Source: Paragordius varius
Lineage: Eukaryota; Animalia; Nematomorpha
Reading direction: 5' to 3'
Length of the DNA stretch: 64,000 nucleotides
NCBI GenBank assembly: GCA_964247055.1
Contig: OZ176051.1
Coordinates: 5,704,001-5,768,000 of the forward strand
Part shown: positions 49,844 through 63,968 of the stretch, piece after piece
Layout of the letters: each line of letters starts with the position of its first letter
How positions within the stretch are numbered: position 1 is the first letter of the stretch
Notes under the pieces: model-generated
The model's database searches: none
Seen by the model: only the letters and a program-made list of their open reading frames with translations
Told to the model about the DNA's origin: nothing
Program-made: the position numbers and the translations under genes

Positions 49844-52800
49844 CAATAAGTAATTAATAAAAATAACAGAAACACTCGGCAAATAAATTTAATAAATTCA
49901 AAATTTTAGGAAATCCAAGTGCAATTTATTTTCTTAAACAAAGTTTCCAAACAAATCTTTCCGATTTTGACTATGAACTAGTAAAAAATGTTAAAATAAA
50001 ATAATCTTACAATCTTATGTTTGATACCTAAAAAAAATAATTGTTAATGCCCATATATTTTTCGTAGGTGGCCCGCGAAGCAATTTGTGTTGAACACCCT
50101 TGGGATAAAAAATATTTTATATAATATTTGAAAATTTAACTATAATATCCCTAATTTTAAATCATTGGTATGTATCTTTTTGCTATGGATAAAAAATAGT
50201 GAAAAAACTAATGCAATGAAATAATATAATTATAATAAAAACAGTGGTAGATGTATTCATAATTATATATATAACTTGAATTATTATTGTTGGTGCCATT
50301 TAGTATGGTGGCATACGTTGAAGCTAAAACACTATTTATCAAACTATTACTGGTGGAACGAATATTGTTGGCAATACATGTCTCCAAATTTAGATTGCTA
50401 CTATCATTATTTCTATTTTCTGTGATAATGGCTGGAAAATTAAGAGTTTGAATTATATTATTATTATTAGTGCTGTTGTATTGATTAGAGTGGTGAGAAA
50501 ACCCGATTCCACCCTTACGCCTAGCGCAAAAAGCTGTAAATTGTTTAATGGTTTCTCTGAGGAGTGCTGTACGTTCACGTTCAACCTAACGGGATATGGA
50601 TATAAAAAGGGTGTTAAATGATTTCAATGTCAAGTCTCTAAAATATGCCGTCTTAGGTTAAACATAAATAGCTGATTAAATGGATATAATTACGTAAAAT
50701 TTAAAATTTTGTTTATGATTTTATGTAGTTGGGAGGTTTATATAAACTAAAGTAGCCAAAAAATAATCAAAATTTTGCTCAATATTAAGTGAAAACTTGG
50801 ATCATAAATCGGTTCAATATTACAGAGAATATATAGTGGTATAACTAAAGTAATTAAAAAACTCTCTGTATCAATCATTCTTTATAAAATTCATTTTCAA
50901 ATATAATAACCTCTAAAATTAGATCCTTTAGTTGCATACTCCGCAATTTTTCCATGTCCGCTCGGAATTTCGTTTCTTTAATGGCAAATCCCCCCATTTC
51001 TAGCAAAACAGAACCGGGCTCAGCACCTACATCTTTACCAAACACACGACCAAAAACGTCAAGCGATATGTGCCATCTTCGAAGCGCAAAATCAGGTTGT
51101 TCCACCATTGAGGCATACAAGTGATTAAATTTGCTTTTAGGGTTATTTCCATCATAATAGGATGATGATGATGTGGTATCGTAAGATAACATAGATAAGG
51201 TAAATTCTTGCGTAGTTTGACTTCTATAAAAAATGGTTTATGATATAGTTTATTAGAGGCGCCATTATAATAACCCGTCATAATGAGCTTTTACAAAAAA
51301 CTGCGCCTACAAATTAATAAGCTCAAGTTAGTCATTCTGTACTTTTCTGATTGTCAAATCAAGCGTAAAAATAATTATTTATGTTTTACATATATTGTTA
51401 ACAATGTGTAAAGGTAATCTTTTTATTAGCAAATGTTTTCAATTGGATAGATGCTAAAGATCTATATGTGATGAATATAATAGTAAATTTAGAGATAATA
51501 TTTAACAAAACTAAATAACAACCCACTAATGACATTTTGAATTTAACATCGCCTATTTTACTTACTTCAACATTTTAAACAAATCTGATTTCCGGGCATC
51601 AGGTTTCAATAAGTGCGGATATTCAGCCAAAGGCAAAGCATCTATGAGGGCCGTTGTAAAAGGGTGAGGTACCGGATGATTCAAATGCAGAGTGGATTCA
51701 CTCCGTTGAAAAAATGTACGAATAGGGTTATTGTTCTTGTTCCTTTTTAATTTATTTTTATCTAGCAAATGTTTGTTGTCAGTTGAGCGTTTATGCCCAT
51801 TTTTTTCCATTTTCTTGCTTCTTTTGCTAATCTTTAAATGCGTATCTTCATTAATGTGTTTACGTTTACGCGAGGCGAATGGGGAATTGGGTTTGCGCTA
51901 AATATATTTTGTGGGATTTATTTTTAATTTTTGGATAAAAGTTTTATTTAATAATTTAGATAAAATTAATATTGATTTTGTTTTTATAGGTAAAAAAACT
52001 ATTATTTTCATATTCTTTAAATTTGTCAATTAATATATGTGAATCACATAAAATTTTCACAAAAAAACAGTCAAATTATAAATTCGAAAAATATCCGGAG
52101 ATTTGGATTTATGACGATGAATTTAACCGCTTTCCTAATCATATAAATGAAATTATGTATAAATGAACATTAAGCACACAATTTGATTAAATATGTTTAA
52201 CGAATGAATTTTATGTTTTTAAATTATTTACTGGTAAAATATTTCCGCTATTTATCAGTTTTATAAAAATAATATATGCTTACCTGTCCCTTTTTATATC
52301 GTCGTCGTTTGCAGCCTTTTTATTGAAAAAAATAAGAATATAATATTAATTAAAATATTTTAAATATCAATTATGTGGTTTTACCTTTATTTTTATTATA
52401 ATTTTTTGAACAACTTGGTTCTTCAATGTCATAAAAGTCATTATCATCTTTATGGGAATCTATATATTTTATGTAAAAAAAATTAATTATAAATATCATT
52501 AAACAAACGAGAGATTTATAGAGTAAAATATAAAATCACACAAAATTATAGCCAAAAAAGTATAAAATTAAGCTTAATTTTCATATATTATACCGCTATC
52601 ATCTTCAGAAGTTGATGTATATGACATATTTGCACCATCATTTTCATTTAAATCGGAGGAGTCTAAAATTATATTAAAAATTAGAAAAAGGTTACCATTT
52701 AAAAAACACAAATATTATTATTCAATAATATAAAACAGTAAATTATATAGTGTAAAATACATAGATAGGAATAAAAACGTTACTGCCTATAATTATAGTG

Positions 52801-55782
52801 TTAGAAAATCGTTAAAGAGTCCTTAATAATAATATTTTAACACAATCATTTTTAACATAAACGTAATACTTGTAGTATAAAATGTTTTAAGAAAATCAAA
52901 TAACCTGTGTGAGACACTAAGGTTGATTTTTTATCATGACTACCGTTGCTTGATGATAAATCCGAATAAGAACCAGATTGAATTTGATCATCGTATATTG
53001 AGTAATCTAATATAACATTTGAACGAATCAATTAATTTATAATAGATTGTCAGTTAAGATTTAATTCAATTGGTAACTAAACACCATTTTAAAATAAAAA
53101 TTAAATAATTGAATAATATTTAATTGTCAGTCAAAAAATTTGAGTATTTTAAATTAATTTTATCAAAACAAATTAATTTACCAATGTAATCTTTATCAAC
53201 TTTACGTTTTTTATCAGTAGTGTTGAGATCATCTGACCCATAATCATCGACTAATGAAGTTTTAACATTATTGGATTTATCTATTAATATAAACGGCGCT
53301 TGTATGTAGTTAAAAAAAATTCCATAAAAAATAGTGTTATATTTGGTAGTTTTAAAACATTTTATACCATCATCCGCGCAAACTAATTTTGTTTTTACAT
53401 CATCATTTATTTTTGTTTTTGTTGAGTTTAGGCTGGTAAGACTAGTTATGATACCGTTGTTTTCATTTTTGAACACAACATCTCCTTTGACTTCATGCAA
53501 GGATTTTTCAATCGTTTCATCCTCATCTTGGAAAGGATCACTGCGAATGAAAAAAAATATTTATATAAACATTGTTAAAAATCTGTACGTTAAAATTAAA
53601 ATAGTTATTTATTGTATTGAGTATATCCACTTTCCAATATTTTTTGACTATGTATATTCACCTTAATCCGGAATAAAAACTGGATATTCGTGAATTATAA
53701 ATATCAAGATTTGGAACAAAACTTATTTTATTTAACCCTTAATCGTGATCATATTTATGGAAATCAAAAAAACCGAGGTTTATTACAATGTTCTAATTAT
53801 ATTAATTTTTAATATCTAGACCATTTTAAATTATAAACATGGTTTTATGGCTATTTCCTCTGCTAACAAATGGTGCGTAGAATTAATATATAAATTAGTA
53901 AAAATCGGACTATTTGGCCATAAACAAATTATACCAGAAATTTTACTACAAGAAGCATTTTCAAAAATAAAAAAAATATTTTATTCTAATCCTGCAATCA
54001 TTATATAATAGGAAAAATAAATGGAGTAGAGCTATCTCTAGAAAATTGCATTGAGGGCGATAAAATTAGCCAACATATATATTGTTTGTTCTTAAAATTA
54101 ATGAATATAATTAAATCTATATACATACTTATAAATGGTAAAATCAGAATTATCATTTTTTATTGTATTATTAGCATTTTTCTTTTGTTGTTCATTTGTT
54201 TCATCGTCAGTCGAAAAACGTGCATCAACACTCATCGAATCTTCAACTTTATTACCTTAATAACAAAAAATATACAATAAGAAAAAACATAAAAATTTAG
54301 TATTTTGAATATTTTCTTATATATATATACTGTGTGCAAAAAAGAGAATTAATTTTTTTTAAGAAAAATATTTTTTTTCATGAGATAGCTTATGACCAGT
54401 GAATTCATTTGCCGCAAAAATTTTAATTTATTGACAACCTAGTTTTTGAAATTTATATAATAAAAATATCTCCTAAAATGATATAATTGACCATAATATC
54501 TCTAATTTTATCATTATTTTTTGAATTATCCTTAGTTATCCTTAATTTTCACTTTTTACACGATTTCGATTTTCTCTCGATATATCAAAAACTAGGTCGT
54601 AAACTAATAAAAAATTTTACGGCAAATGAATTCACTGGTCATAAACTATCTCATGAAAAAAAAATTATTTTGTTAAAAATTTTTTTGCAAACAGCATATA
54701 CAAGAATACTTTTTTCAGCGGCACTAGAATCATAGGAGAATCGATAATTCTTGAATGATATTTCTCCTTTTGGGTTATTATGCTTCCTCCCATATAAATC
54801 GCTATTTTCATTATTTGTTTCATCATCATTGTAATAACTTTTGTGCCATTGTCTTAACCATGTGATATAAACGTCAAAAATGTAGGCGATATGCCTATAA
54901 CTATGTACATCAATAGGTGGTAAGCTATCTCGATGTTCATTTGTACGAGCTTTCATGAGTGATAATGCATACGTAAGAAAATCATATCTGGCAAAATCTT
55001 CTAATAAATTATACAATTTTTGTTGAATTAGAATTAACCAAGTTCCCTCTCAAAGATTTTTTGTGGGCAAAATAACTTTCAATTGTTTGAAAATATATTT
55101 TATATTAGTAGTTTGTTTTAACTAAAAAATAAAATATATATTTAAAAAAAAATTAATTACGTCCACGATTAGCGGATGAAAGATGAGTCCTTTGATATTG
55201 CAAGAAATTCATATGGGAATTAGTGGTAGCTAAAAAATTAATTTTAAAAAATAGTATTTTAATTGGCATTAAATTACAGCAACAAGAACATAAAAGAATA
55301 ATTTAAATTCGTATAAATTTAGTAAAAGAAAGAAAATATAGATAGATACCATAATCTTTATTATCGGATTTTGTTCCATTCGCCGTAATGGTGTTTAAGG
55401 CCATACCAAACTGTAATTGAGACTCCAAAGCATCCATGATTGAGAAAAGCCATTGCCAAGTGGGCTGTAGAATATGCTTAACCGTTTTCTATTATTAAAC
55501 AATAAACGCCCAAAATAAGTCGAAAAATATCAATTTTTTATCGAAAAAGAAAACAAATTGTATAAAAATAATTTCTAAAAAAATTAGTGAGATAATTGAA
55601 TATATCGAAAAAGAAAATTAAACTTTAAAGGTAGGGATTTTAAGTGCAATCGTTTGAATAGTTGTGTTAAACTAATTTAATGCTTATTTTAGAAAAATTT
55701 TGTATTTTTTTGTTGTTAAATTTTATTAACTATCCTATATTAAACTTGGTTTTTAAACATTAGCTCCGTAAATTACCATAAT

Positions 55783-55838
<56 letters not shown>

Positions 55839-57892
55839 TTATTCAAACGTAAAGTCTTAGTTCCTTTTATCCAGACACATTTTAAAAAACTTTTAACAAC
55901 ACTATATATGTATTTTATATATACCATTTACAATTCATATTCACCCTCGAACAATTGAAATTCACCCTCAAAAGTCTATGTTTTTAAGATAAAAAAATAC
56001 CTATATTTATATATATTTTTACAAAATAAAAATTTTGTTTTAAATTAAGATAATACTGAAAAAATAATAAACTATACCCATAAAGATATATATCATATTA
56101 ATAATGAGTTATATTAGTTCGAAAACACATAATTCATTTTTAGGGTGAATTTGAATTGTTCAAGGGTGAATTTGAACTGTAAATGGTATATATATAATAC
56201 CTTTATGCGTTTAATATCTTTGGACGTGTAGGTTAAAATACGTGGCAGAGCCGGTGCTTTCTCCTTATAATCTTCAATGATGGGCAACAGGTCACATACT
56301 TGACGAACTATGATAGAAAATGTGCGAGCTAAATTGGCATTAGTTATATGCGGCGTATTATTCCAACATGGTTGTTCATTTTTGGCCTTTGAAGTGGCGG
56401 TGACTGATGGTGGTACATATTGATGGTGTCGGCTTGTGTTGGTGGTAGTTAAGGAAGTTGGTTGTTGAGAAGCAATAATGATATTTGAATCTTCATTTTC
56501 AATTAACAATGATGAAGAGGGAGGATGTGATAATGTAGCGTTATTGGTATTTGTAGTATTGGTATTGGTGATTACTTCTACTGTAAGGGAGAGAGAGATA
56601 ATAAAAATGATAAATATATCAGATACTTTTTTTTAGTAAACTCAATAGTTTTATAACTAAACTTAACACGTTTTCCATCAAATATAATATTATTCCAATC
56701 AAATTCAGCTTATTTCCTTACAAACTTAGTCCTTAATTATAATTAACTGCTTTGTTAAAATAAATAAATAAGGATTTAAAAATTTTAAAGGTATATATAT
56801 ACTTAACATTTTTATCAATTTGTTTCAAATAATGTTTCAGGAATGGTACATCTAATCATAAAAATGTAATGAATCAAACTTTTTTTAAATAATGGTGGGC
56901 TAAGTATTTCGATATAGCCCTTTATAATTAATAAAACTTACCTATAGTTGGTAATTGTTGTGTTGTCGTATTTGTGTTTGATGCGATTTGCATAGCTCTG
57001 CGCGCATTATATGAATCCATGTAAGACATTCCACTATTTGTAACTATTAGAAAATTAAGAAAATACAGTAAATAAAATTATAAAAAAAAGACGAAAGTAT
57101 AAAAAACAAATATTTATTTGAAAAAGAAAACCCATATTTTTTAGTTAGCCCTGTCGATTTAGGTCAAATTACAAATAGAGATTTGAATTGAACACACACT
57201 AAATTTTATATTTTACAATTGTATAGGTTCTCATGGATCAAAGAATATGATATCCATTTAAAAAAGTATTTCTTTTACTTTTAAATTAGCTTAATAATTT
57301 GATTTTTAAAACTTTGTAAAAATAATATATATACTTGATACAAATGGATTAGTTATACGGGAATTACGTCTAAGAGTCCGATTTTGGCTATTACTATTAT
57401 TTATAAATTGGGCATACAAAGATGGTTCCCCCAAATACCATTCCATTGCGCTTGAATTTTCATTTCTAGAAAAATGCAGTAAAACATCATTCCGCACTAA
57501 ATATTTGAAAAACATGATAATTCATAAAACCTATTTTTTTAAAACTCTCATATTTTCAAGTCTTTACTTTTTAAAACTTATATGATTACGGCTGTATATA
57601 TGATTGAAATGTTAAAAAAAGTACAGATTAATCATATTTCATAGCCGTCATTTATATGTTATGGATAAAATCGTTCAAAATTTGCTCAAGGAAGTTTTAT
57701 ACTATACAAAATTAAAAATGTACCTTACAAATTGGAAATTATTTATAATAAAAAAATTATGTACTGAGTGTTAGTGTTTGTTGACGAACGTATATTGGTT
57801 AATCGAGCACTATTTTCATCATTATTCATATTTTCGTGTAGTATTGAGGCATCATGATGTGTATCATAATAATAATCGAAATCTAAAAAGCG

Positions 57893-57924
<32 letters not shown>

Positions 57925-60900
57925 ATATTATTTTATAAATTTATAAAAAAATTTAAACTATTTAAACAAAAATAAAAATGTTTTTTTCAAGAAAAGTTTA
58001 CCATCATATATGGTTGAAACGGGAATGCGTGATTGGTTATAATGTGAACGACGTGGGTCACTAAAAAAATACAATTTATGAAAAAAATGAAATTATACAA
58101 AATTCTTAGGTGGGATTATAATTTTTATTTCAGTAAATATCAGCAAATGCAAGAATGGCAGAAAATTGTTGTCTAGTGTAATCTAGGAATTGAATATTTA
58201 TTCATGTAATATAACACAAAGATACACAACTAAGATAAAAAAAATCTGAAAAAAGTAATTATATGATTTTAAAAGAAAACTTACCTAAAAAAAAACAAAT
58301 TATCCCAAACACTTAGAGTATTGGATACTAAACCCTTTCAAAATACCTTAAAATAATTGCAAATTTTATATAAAAAAATCATAAACTAAAATAAAAATGA
58401 TACATGGTAAATTATATATTAGTAACAGAGGCAAAGATAAAAGATATAACTGGTTCTTAGCACAATCCAGGAAAATTACCTAAAAAAATAAACTAAATAT
58501 CCTATTTTTAGTAACTGATAAAAACCTAAAAATATATCCCCCTAGCATAGCTCTAAAAATCCTGAAAAAAATTAAAACTAAATAATAAAACTTTAATTGT
58601 TCCAATGTGGCATTTGTGTTTCGATTCCTAGTCCGTACAATGGTATATTCATCACTTTGCTGGTTAATATGCTCATTAAGATTAGCTATGACAGGCACAG
58701 TGTTAGTTGAAACACTACTATGGGTTTGAGATTGAATGGTTGAAGGTGGCATTACAATTTCCAAATTATTGTTAACATTATTATTATTATGTCGTACTGT
58801 TGAATTTGCTGACACGATATAATCGGCTTCTTGTTCTATACAATTTTCATCATCTAAAATTATCAAAAATATGTCCAAGAAATATTTTGGATATAAAACA
58901 AAGAGTTCTAATAAACAGAAAAGAAGTAGCCCGAAAGGTTGTCTTTTGATTAATGCATAATGGAAAATTGTAATATAATTAATATTTTTTCGTTTTTATG
59001 CTATGTATGTTTAAAAAGGATATAATTTAAGCAAAACGTGATATTTTTGGATAAATTATTCTATATAATTAATTTAAACCGAAAGCCAAACTGGTTCATT
59101 ATAATATATAAGGGTGGGATCACAAAAATTCCAAAATTTTTGTAAAAAATCACAAATTTTTAGTACTTTCTATAGATTCAAAGGAAGACAGGGAATCTGA
59201 TGATAGCGATTCTATTTCATCTCTTTCGTTGGCCATTATTAAGTCCCCATCAGTTTCATAATCTTTAAAGCATATTGTAAAATAAAAATTTTCACAAATA
59301 TAAAATATTTCTTCATATGATTTTTAAAAATTTAGAATCACAATTTAGCTTTTATTTTACCCATGTTTGTGGATTGCATGATACGGGAAGCTAACCCCTC
59401 CTCCTCATAAGTTCGGCTAATGCGTAATAATTCTGGATTGTGGTGTACCTGTTTAATTGGTTTTTCTAAAAAACAGTTTTAAGTCATAGATATAAGATAT
59501 ATATATATATTAGTACACTTTTTACCTCTTAAATTTCACTTTTTTCATGTTACTTATAGGTTAAAAAATATAAACGAAGTTAAACTTTTTGTGAAATTCC
59601 AGCTAAAAAATGAAAAATTTTAACATTCAATTACCTTTATGGCTTGATTTCGAATGTTTAGGCCGATCGGAAGTATCATCGTATAAACGGTCAAGCGTAT
59701 ATGGATTTAGCAATCGATTCCTAATTGTGTGCGTTTTAACCCTTAATTCCGATTTTTCGGAAGAAAATAGGTTAGATGTAGCAAATATTTCTTCACAACC
59801 CTGGTATAAAATAATTTTTAAAAAATGGTACAAAAAATAAAAAAATTTAAATTTTCATTCGATGCCCACTTTTTAATGTGATTATACGGCATCACAAATA
59901 TATCAGCGTTACATTGAAAATTTTAATAAATAGTACTCAAAACAAATATTTATATAAAAAAAGGGGATAAATAAAAAAACTTGATGATTATAATGATAAC
60001 ACAAAAATAAAAACAAGTTGTAATTAATTTGTAGTTTAGTATAAAACTACAAAAAATTTATTTAGAAACTCAAAATGACTGACTTTTGCAATATCTAAAA
60101 AATTATAAACTATTTTAGAATATCGGCATTAATGGTTACTAAGCAAAACACAAGTTTAATTATACAGATATATTTATAAAGTTTGATTAATCAGTTTTAA
60201 TCTATATAATAAATTAATATGTAACTAAAAACAAGACTGGTTACTTAACATTAATAATGCAAACAAACTTTTTCTATTGGTAATTACACTTAAAAAAACT
60301 TTTAATGTAAACTTCCTTTTTAAATATTTAAAATATACATCTATCCAAATATTTCTTTAAAAAGTTTAGGAAAATATTATATTTTATCATACCTTAACAG
60401 CGTCGGCATTAGTGGTTACTAAGGCGAATGATGCCGTAGGCTTAATTAAACCATAACGAACAGGTGCAATAAGACCATCAGCTGCTATTGCTAATTCATG
60501 GAGTGCCAAGTCAGGGAAGGATTGAAAGACGCGTTTACATTTACTCAAGGGGAGTGAATAGCCAAAACTATTTTAAAGGTATATTTTGATTATAAATAAA
60601 TAGGAAATATTTGGAAATTTGGATAAAAATAAATTACACGTGTAAAATATACTCTTTTAGTCCTAATTATTAGGATATTTTTTGTGTATCATGAATAAAA
60701 TAAATAATTTATCTATTTATCCAATCTTTTCCGAATTATGTCTAAAATAAAATTTCCCTAATACGGTATAAATCAAAAAAATATTCTACTCTATGAATAA
60801 ATATTTCAAACTATTTTAGGCTAAAAAAATAAAATTTACCTTAAATAAAAATATTCTACTCTATGAATAAATATCTATAACCGTATTCATGCAATAATCA

Positions 60901-63235
60901 ATAATCAGTTCCGATGCTTATTTTATATAAAAAATAGATTTTTCCCCTTTAAAAATGAATATACTTGGAAAAAATGCGTCTTTTAGTTTTCCCAGGCTCC
61001 AATTCAACATTTAAAACCATAAATATGCGTATAACGGATCGCACGAATCGTCTTGCAATATTTACAGCAAATTTTTCACTATCAGTAGTATCCATTGCTT
61101 TGGTTATTTCTGTTAGCGGTTGTGATTTAGTTTGAATTCCACAGATCAAAGAATTAATTAAAGTTTCTAGCATCTATATATATATATATATAAATATATA
61201 TATTATATGTTTATAGTATTAACATAACCATTTTCTAAAACACAAAATATAATCGTTTATTTTTCTTTAAGAAATCATATATAAACCACTCTTTGTGCTG
61301 ACTAGGTTGTAAGTAATTTTTATTTACCTTTTTTTTGCTACAACCTTTAATAATTTTTTTATACATTATTTATGCTTATATTAGATGTATCAAATTAAAT
61401 TACTTTTCATGTATGAAAGTTTTATTTTAAAAATAGATGGTAAAAGGATAATATGAATTAAGGTGCAATTTTGCCTAATATGTGTACGCTTGTGGTTTCA
61501 CATAACAAGATATATAATTATAAAAAAAAAGTATTATAAAATATATATATATTTATTAGACTATAACCTCTATATTGCAACGTATAAGTAAAGTGAATAC
61601 AAATCTATCAATTTGAGCAGAGCTTTGCTGCATGTTTAAATAAAACATGGCATCATCATTCTGGTGCCCACTGGGATTCGGGAATTCTATTTTATTCATA
61701 AATTTATAGAATGGTTAAAAAATCATGCTATAATTTAAAGTTTCAATAGACCGGTTAAATATTTAGCGTTTTTAAATAATCAGTCCAAAATTTTTGAAAC
61801 ATAAAATGGAAGAGAAACAAAGTAAACGAAAAATGGTAAAAAAACCCAAAAAATAAAACACATATTCAAATTTGTGAAATTTTTGTCGATTTTTATTGAT
61901 GTATTATAAAAACTATTACTACCAAATTGATTATTATTTTTTGGTGCCAAATGACTAGTTTTAACTAGGCATTTATTGCATTCAGAAGCAAACTAGTATA
62001 ATATTTGTGATAATAAAATGAATTACTGTAAAATTATTTAAAAAATATATACATTTTTTATATTATCCAATAAAGTACTACCGTGTATCAAAATTTTACA
62101 AATTTTTTAACATTTAATTAATTTTTATGAGAATTTGAACTTATTGACAAAATTAAGTAATTAACCGGTCAAAAAACTTAAATTTAAAATAATACTTTGT
62201 TGAATCAAAATGCTAGAAATACAATTCCAATCCTGCAATAAACGTTCAAGGGCTTTTCGACTAAACCGTGGTGGTTCTAAATTATGAGCTGGTACGTAAT
62301 TTGATGATCCATTATTAACACTGTTGTTGCTTTCAAAAGTTGTTTCATCCATTTGTGATTTATCAGTGCCATAGGAAGCACTCATTGTATCATAATAATA
62401 TTGGTCATCATACACTGAAAAATAGGAAATTAATTAAAATGTAAAAATATATCATTTACACTTAATATTCACTCTTAAACAATTCAAATTCAATCTTATA
62501 TAATTCGAATTTAATTTTAAATTAATTATGTGTTTTTATATATTGAAAATGCCGATGTTTTATATTCGTAAAAAAATGAAATCCATTTACGCTTCATATT
62601 CACTCTTAAACAATTCATATCGCTCTTACACATTTTCAACTGACTCTTGAACAATTCGAATTTAACCTTCAATTAATTATGTGTTTTTATATATTGAAAA
62701 ATACCTAAATTTTTTTATATTCGTAAAAAAATGAATTTTGTTTCAAATTAAAATAATACTGAAAAAATAATTAACTATGCCATAAAAAAATATATGTTAT
62801 TAATGATGAGTTATATTAGCCCGAAAACACATAATTTATTTTTAGAGTGAATTTGAATTGTTTAAGGGTGAATTTGAGTTGTAAATGGTATATAATGTAG
62901 CAAAACGATTATTATAACTTATATACTTGTTTATATATTAACATATTTTAAAAACATTTCTGAGACATAATAATAAAAAACATATACAATTAATACCATA
63001 AACCAAAAATAGCTTTTTAAATGTGTACCAACACCAAAGTTGAATATTTAGTGGTATTTTTAAAATGTAAAAACTTATAAAAAGAGCTTATCATATACAT
63101 ATGCGCAAAAAATATAGATTGAATCAAATTTAAAATTTACCTGATTTTTTACCATTAATATCTTTGGGTCCGATTTCGGCATAATCAGGCATATGATTCG
63201 TTTTCGGTATGTAGAGTTGAAGAAACTCATCTATA

Positions 63236-63282
<47 letters not shown>

Positions 63283-63968
63283 TAAACTTTAATTATATGA
63301 AAACCAGATAATACTTGGCATAATTTTAAAACAAAACTAAGGCATCTATAAATTTATTTTCAACTATATGCCAAGTGTGCATGAAAAGTTCCCTAATTAA
63401 GCCTAGTCACCATTTTATGTTCAAAAAATAGCAATAAAATATACAAAAAAGAGATAAACAAAAAATATTTTTCATAGGAAACACACACATCATATAAACA
63501 ACAGCAGAAATTCCAAGTAGATTATAATTAAAATTTAAATTCTAAACACGATTATTAATGTCAATTATTTAAAAAAGTTGGTCAATCTGACGAAAATAGC
63601 ATAATTGATGGTACAAAAGAGCAAAATATATCAAGTAAATATATTAAAAGCAATAAATATCAATTCTATGAATATTTAAATCAACAGTCTACCAATTTTG
63701 TTTCCATCATCAGCTCTGTTCTCAGAGTTTATCATATTTGTGTTACCCATATTGTTGGGATTTGTTTCATTTTTAGCATCTACCCTTTTATCTTTATTTC
63801 CACCAGAAGTATTTTGAGAGCCATTATTATTATTTGTTTTAGATGCCGTACTATTTCGTGAATTCGAAGTAAAATAATAGTAATCATCATATAAAACGGA
63901 TGAAGAATTACGACCAATTAGACCACCATTGCTTATCCCGTACGAATTCAATAAATCATAGGCGTGCC
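45416..63968 (-). CDS. UBR5: HECT E3 ubiquitin ligase UBR5/EDD/hyperplastic discs, multi-exon 3' part; 5' end lies beyond the window
   Basis: The C-terminus [38 protein letters not shown] includes the catalytic Cys. Also present are the MLLE/PABC domain (LGERLYPKV...[11 protein letters not shown]), [66 protein letters not shown] and [19 protein letters not shown]. Not every exon boundary was resolved. Confidence 0.97.
47689..47824. mobile_element. 136-bp TTAA-flanked foldback (hairpin) element in a UBR5 intron
   Basis: 47-bp arms at 47692-47738 and 47775-47821 (44/47 complementary) with a 36-nt spacer; TTAA at 47685-47688 and 47825-47828. Confidence 0.7.
49804..49837. repeat. (AT)17 microsatellite, intronic
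   Basis: Read directly. Similar tracts lie at 55789-55834, 57893-57918 and 63246-63279. Confidence 0.9.
54363..54672. mobile_element. 310-bp TTAA-flanked MITE with TIRs of about 85 bp, in a UBR5 intron
   Basis: ttttcatgagatagcttatgaccagtgaattcatttgccg... is mirrored by ...cggcaaatgaattcactggtcataaactatctcatgaaaa; TTAA at 54359-54362 and 54673-54676. Confidence 0.8.
55924..56186. mobile_element. CCATTT-terminus MITE, ttcaccc-array subfamily (263 bp), 12 bp from a UBR5 splice donor
   Basis: tata|ccatttacaattc...gaactgtaaatgg|tata; the interior is homologous to 26657-26983. Confidence 0.88.
62452..62888. mobile_element. CCATTT-terminus MITE (62583-62888) preceded by a duplicated left arm (62452-62581)
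   Basis: Two tandem left ends share aattaattatgtgtttttatatattgaaaa and ttatattcgtaaaaaaatgaa; there is one right end, tgtaaatgg|tata. Confidence 0.82.

Noticed and set aside
60775-60874. Direct repeat of about 29 bp (aaaaatattctactctatgaataaatat); also a two-copy tandem of about 32 bp at 21830-21895
   Set aside because: Simple local duplications with no further structure.
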